Shown here: positions 58,343-64,000 of the stretch, piece after piece
Numbering within the stretch: position 1 is the first letter of the stretch
Layout of the letters: every line of letters begins with the position of its first letter
Notes under the pieces: model-generated
Seen by the model: only the letters and a program-made list of their open reading frames with translations
Databases searched by the model: none
What the model was told of the DNA's origin: nothing
Position numbers and translations under genes: made by a program
Source of the DNA: Octopus sinensis
Lineage: Eukaryota
Assembly (NCBI RefSeq): GCF_006345805.1
Contig: NC_043009.1
Coordinates: 27,404,001 to 27,468,000 of the forward strand
DNA: 64,000 bases
Direction: 5' to 3'

Positions 58343-58660
58343 ATATTTCTCTTACTGGATTGTGTGTTCGTTTCTCTTTTTGTCATCTGTGATTATATTT
58401 TTGATCTTTTATATAAATAAAGATATTTCCTCTGCCTGGCTGGTTTTCTTTCTACAAAACGAAAAGTTGCATTGCAGAACAGTAATTTTAATGAGTAGTG
58501 TTTTTTTTGTTTATCACCTGATGAGATACATCTGCACCACTGGATGCACCTGAATCAGTTGTTGAGTGTCCCACCCAAGAGGAATTGATGATAGATGTGC
58601 CGAAACAATTGTCGTGATTAATAATAAATTCTCGTATATTCCATCTTCTGTCTTTCATAT
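58343..58660 (+). mobile_element. Pseudo-LTR-like repeat with intact-core hammerhead
   Basis: Paralogue of 31137-31445, adjacent to (TA)n. Confidence 0.75.
58513..58618 (+). ncRNA. Minimal type I hammerhead ribozyme, intact core
   Basis: Stem I atcac/gtgat, CTGATGA at 58518-24, stem II gatacatct/agatgtgcc with a 59-nt loop, GAAA at 58602-05, palindromic CAATTG, GUC site (cleavage predicted after 58613). Confidence 0.8.
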
Positions 58661-58976
58661 GCTATATATATATATGTGGTGAAGAACAAAAATCCCAAAA
58701 AATAGGATGAGTTAACAACCAATGTAGTTTGCTTCATAGGGGGAAAGGAATGAGTTAATGAATATGATGCATTTTGAACACTGTTCTTCTGTAAACAGTA
58801 GGAAAAGTGGAGTAAAGACCAGCAGAGGCTGGTATATATATATATATATATACATACATACATATACACATATATATATATAGATATATATTTATATATA
58901 TATATGTATGTATGTATGAATGTATATATATATGTATGGATGTGTATATATATATATATATATATATGTATGGATT

Positions 58977-59009
<33 letters not shown>

Positions 59010-59135
59010 TTGCTTTTAGCAATTGAAGTATGTCACAAACATATTTTAACTAACCTAAATTTTGATTATGCCTAAACACTGCTTAGTGCTAACATTTCGT
59101 TAGATTTATATATGTGTGTGTGTATGTAAATATAT

Positions 59136-59235
59136 NNNNNNNNNNNNNNNNNNNNNNNNNNNNNNNNNNNNNNNNNNNNNNNNNNNNNNNNNNNNNNNNN
59201 NNNNNNNNNNNNNNNNNNNNNNNNNNNNNNNNNNN
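59136..59235. other. Assembly gap (100 N)
   Basis: Run of exactly 100 N, typical of a gap of unknown size. Confidence 0.99.
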
Positions 59236-59461
59236 AATAAAGATTCAAAGTTAATTTAAGAATTACTTGAATATGGTACCTACCTTAGATGCACCAAAAA
59301 AACTATACTGATTTAACAGTACAGTAATGTGGGGTGATTATAAGTATGTATGTATATATATATCCGTATGTATATACAAAGTTTCATATATATATACAAA
59401 TATATACACATGTATAATATAAATATAGATTTATATAAATATAGGAATATAATATATAAAA

Positions 59462-59525
<64 letters not shown>

Positions 59526-60679
59526 ATATATCTGTATATATATATGTAGTATATATAATTATTTATGTATATATATGTGTGTGTTATATAAATCTATATA
59601 TATATATACATCTATGTATGGATATATGTATATATATATTCACATACACACACATATATATAATTATGTATATATACATATGCATATATATATATACATA
59701 TATATGTATATAAATATGTACACATATATGCATAGGTGCTTAGTACATATATATATATACATATATGTTTATATAAGGCACAAATGAAACAATAATGAAT
59801 TTTGCACATTTTTTTGCACATTTAAATTAATCCTCAAAGGACATTATATACCTATATTTATAAATTAAATATTATAAATCCATATGTATATAATGTTATA
59901 CATTTTATGTCCATATTTATGTAACATTCTTTATAAACTAATAACATTGCTGGTTAAAAATTTGATTCAAATCTTCAACATTTAATAATATATTATCAAA
60001 CAGTTCATGAATACTGTGTATAGAATATACTGCTTTTTATTTTTTAATTGAATATAATTGCATAATGTCTCATCATTTGTATTTTACAATTGTAATCCTC
60101 TTAAGTTTATTCGTGAAGTATTTTCAAAATATATCAAGAAAATGCATGATTGCCTGAGGTACTGAACCAAACAACACAGCAATGATATTATATGACATGG
60201 AAAACTTAACCCTATAATACACAAGAATTTAGATGTTTCGTAAGCATTAACAGTAACTATATTTTGATCAATACATCTATAAATATATATTTTAATTCTT
60301 AGAAATTCAGGAATTCTAAATGATTTAAAATAGAAAATTTGAATTATAATTACATTTTATTCTTACATTTTTTTAAATATTGGATTTGAAAACAATTTGT
60401 ATATTTATTTTGCATTATAGGGTTAATTTTAAAGTTAATTCAATTTTCTGCTCTCATTTTCTTTTTTGTGTTATGGTTTAAATTTCTTTTAAATATTCTG
60501 ACAATAAAAATTGTTTGTTCTAAACAATTTTAATGTCCTTTGAGAATCTAAAATGTTAAATGATTGCAACTTAAACCGACTAACATTTAACCAAATTTAG
60601 CATCAATTGTGAAAATGAAAAATAAAAAAAAAACTCCCTGATCCCCCAAATAAATGCTACTCTAGACAGAGTTCATTAC

Positions 60680-61172
60680 CTGCCCACAGTTTAATCATGA
60701 GTGGTGTAAGGAGAGTTGCTTGGTGCTAACAGGCTGCACGGATGCGGAAGCTGGTGTTAATTTCGTTGTAGTGTACATCTGTGACCCAACAGACTGGTAA
60801 TGCTCAAAGTGGTCAGTGTCATCATCCAATGCAGAAGTCGTCGTCATTACAGATGAATAAATCGGCGTGGCATGACTAAAGGCAAACTGTTTACTCTCAA
60901 AATTCTCTGTCTTGCCGTCTTCCTCAGGGAAGTCACTAGCAACACTGAGAATTTTCAGTTCTTCCAGAAGTTTCATGAACTCTGCCTTTAACATTACTGC
61001 TTCATAGAGCTGCTGCAGTCTTTTGAATTCACTGAATTCTTTTGATAACTGTTTTGTGAGGGTAGCCAGTTGCTGCAGTTCAGCATGGGAGCCGTGGAAG
61101 TCATCAATGTCGGCCGACCCAGCAGGGTTGGCGGCCTGCAAGTGGAAATCACTTCTGCAAAGTTTGCTTATA
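60680..61172 (-). CDS. Orphan exon-like ORF (about 150 aa, helical then S/T-rich); product unknown
   Basis: Non-repetitive block, visibly richer in GC than its flanks, open in one frame only. Candidate acceptors at 61173 (ttttcag), 61155 and 61136 (ttccacttgcag) follow a T-rich region. TGA at 60695-60697, then CAG|GTAATG donor after 60680. Confidence 0.5.
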
Positions 61173-61762
61173 CTGAAAAGTTATCGCTTCTGGATCACGA
61201 AGGATGACATAATACTAATTCAACTTTGATAAAACTACACAAACTAACCAAAAAAATAAAGAAATATCCATACATAGATATTGATTCCATAATATCAGTC
61301 AGTTGAAAATAAAATATAAATAAAAAAAAACATAAATAAATAAATAAAAAGTCAATTAGGATTTAATGAAATAATTAGATAAAGCTGGTTGCTTTACAAG
61401 TAGGGTTAGATTTACGATCCAGATGATAAAGATTCTAAAAGAATTAGAAAGATAAATTTATAATCTGTCAAATCCATTTGAGAACAATTAAAATTAATTC
61501 GACAATAAAATGAATATGTATCAATTAGAATTATAAGTAATACTTAGGCTTTTAAAAAGTGCTTTATCTGGCAATTTAGTAAATAATTTTAATATTAGTG
61601 GAATGTAGTACTTAATATTTAAATTCCGCCATGTCAGGTATGAATGATATATAGATACAGATACATACATACAGAAACAACAAAACACTAATATATCTGC
61701 AAAAATCTTATTATTATTATTATTATTGGCATTTAGTAGAGCTGGCTTCTATAAGCCTTGAT

Positions 61763-61838
<76 letters not shown>

Positions 61839-61840
61839 TA

Positions 61841-61882
<42 letters not shown>

Positions 61883-62206
61883 TATATATAATATATGCCA
61901 TATATATATGTATGCACGTATTACTTATATACATACATACCTGTGGTGCACAAATATAAGATTAATTGTACTTTGTAAAGCTTCAGCTTAAACTAAAGAC
62001 TATACTCTATATCTTGTATTCAGTACTTTGTCTCCTAGTTTATAAAAAAAAGTATTTATACATGTATGGGTATGTATGTATGTTTGTTTGTGTGTGTGTG
62101 TGTGTGTGTGCGTGCATGCGTGTGTGTGTGTATGCATGACATCAACTTTAAATTCCTGTCAATTAATAGCAAAGAAAAGACTAACACTTCCTCAAACACA
62201 CACATG

Positions 62207-62247
<41 letters not shown>

Positions 62248-62458
62248 CCATACATATATTTAATGGTTGTGTTTTACACTCAACAATACCTTTTACATGC
62301 ACACACACTCTGACATCACCCCACCCCAACACATATATAGTAATTACCTTAAGTTGTAATGTACAAGATGTTGTACACATGCATAAACATATGAATTTCT
62401 GTGTGTATACACACACACAAATGCATATATATATTTATACATGTATATACACATATCA

Positions 62459-62499
<41 letters not shown>

Positions 62500-62664
62500 T
62501 AAGCAGAGTTAGTGGTTGGAATAACCGTCTAAGGAATAAGAATATCCCTTTAACTACCGGTATAAAATACCTATGTTAACCCTGGGCATGGATATGCAAG
62601 CATACTATGCTCATAGGATACAGGTATAAACAGAATAAACAAAAATTATCAAAAATCAAATTTA

Positions 62665-62808
62665 AAATATGCAGAAAATGGAGGAAAGTTTTGATCAATA
62701 AACAAATTGACTAACATCGGTTAATTATTTTTTAATACTAAAAAATAATTAACCAGTGTTGGACAATTTGTTTGTTGATCAAAAATTTTCTCCATTTTCT
62801 GCTTATTT
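62665..62808. repeat. Long imperfect palindrome (about 70-bp arms, 4-nt loop)
   Basis: aaatatgcagaaaatggaggaaagttttgatcaataaacaaattgactaacatcggttaattatttttta pairs with taaaaaataattaaccagtgttggacaatttgtttgttgatcaaaaattttctccattttctgcttattt. Confidence 0.9.
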
Positions 62809-63223
62809 ATATACATATACACACACATATATATATGCATATACATATATGTATGCATACACAGATGCTTACACATGTATATAAATATATATGTATTATA
62901 TATATTTATATATGTAGGCATTTATTGTTGAATCTAAACTTTATATATTTTTGAGATATTATAACTGATTATGACTTACATGTATGACAGAGTCTTAACA
63001 CTAAAATATGAAGTCTTCATCCCTTTTATTTGAATTTCCAAACACAGCAATTAATGTCAGGTAATAAATAAACAGAAGGTTATTTGTTATTTTTGTTTTG
63101 CAGTATACGAGGTGTTAAAGGAAACTTAAAACAAAAGGAGATATTTGAAATTCAAACATTGTTGAAAGTAGGCTGGAAGAAATGACGGGGCTGGTTGACA
63201 AACGTTTGGCACTGATAACATTG

Positions 63224-63402
63224 ACACAGGTATGGCTGTGTGGTAAGAAGTTTGCTTCCCAGCCACGCGGTTCTGGGTTCAGTCCCACTGCGTGGCACTT
63301 TGGGCAAGTGTCTTCTACTATAGCACTGGGTCAACCAAAGGCTTGTGAATAGATTTGGTAGATGGAAACTGAACGAAATGTATGTGTGTACATGTGTGTG
63401 TG

Positions 63403-63434
<32 letters not shown>

Positions 63435-63670
63435 CGTGTGTGTGTGTGTATGTGTGCGTGTGTGTGTATGTGTGTGTGTTTGTGTGTGTGTGTGTTTGTT
63501 CCCCACCACTGCTTGATAACCAGTGTTGGTGTGTTTACATACCAGCAACTTAGCAATTGAGAAAAAGGGATCGATAGAATAAGTAATAGGTTTAACAAAG
63601 AGAAACAAGTTCTGGGGCTGATGTGTATGACTAAAATTCTTCAAGGCAGTCCCCCTGCATGGTAAGGATC
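63224..63670 (+). mobile_element. Family-B SINE with expanded internal (TG)n
   Basis: Head, body and tail similarity to other copies. Confidence 0.85.
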
Positions 63671-64000
63671 TAATGAATGAAATAAATAAATGATTAAAAA
63701 AAAGGATATATATCTAACACGGCCACTTCTATGATACTTAGATATATTTAAAAGAGTGGCAACAATAAGATGATAATTTTATTTTCAAACGCATAAACGC
63801 TGATGGAACAGCAGAGATTGGATAAGATATCCATACAAAGTGGAAAAATTTGTCAGCAACCAGCCGTGAACTATCGTAGTAAATTTTAAAAAGTTGTATT
63901 ACATTATGTAATCTCTCTTTCTAGCTCTAATCCATTTCTTTATTACCCACAGGGAGAGTGGGGGGCTAAATATAGAGGGGAAAGCAAGGACAGACAAAGG

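Overview
AT-rich, microsatellite-dense eukaryotic DNA. The SINE families, repeat density and gene type point to an octopus/coleoid cephalopod (inference from recognition, not a database hit). Almost the whole window is intron of a minus-strand lophotrochozoan-type protocadherin. Two cytoplasmic-tail exons are visible: a 142-nt exon at 38730-38589 with the SDSGRGGSEED motif and a phase-compatible terminal exon at 739-282 ending KDVIV-stop, separated by an intron of about 38 kb. No cadherin ectodomain exon is in the window. Beyond a 100-N gap, an orphan exon-like ORF (61172/61135-60680) has a phase-0 donor that would fit the motif exon, but an in-frame TGA lies 15 nt before that donor. The introns hold several tRNA-derived SINE families (some with clear target-site duplications), RTE-type 3' ends, a deleted DD37D (maT) transposon, mariner-type MITEs, and a Penelope-like GIY-YIG fragment between inverted pseudo-LTRs. 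The most striking unannotated layer is a set of minimal type I hammerhead ribozyme motifs in several different repeat families. One has an intact core (58513-58618), one sits in a tRNA-headed element (8976-9286), and several share a CCGAAGA core variant. No prokaryotic systems, CRISPR arrays or bona fide tRNA/rRNA genes were found. Most listed ORFs are microsatellite artefacts.
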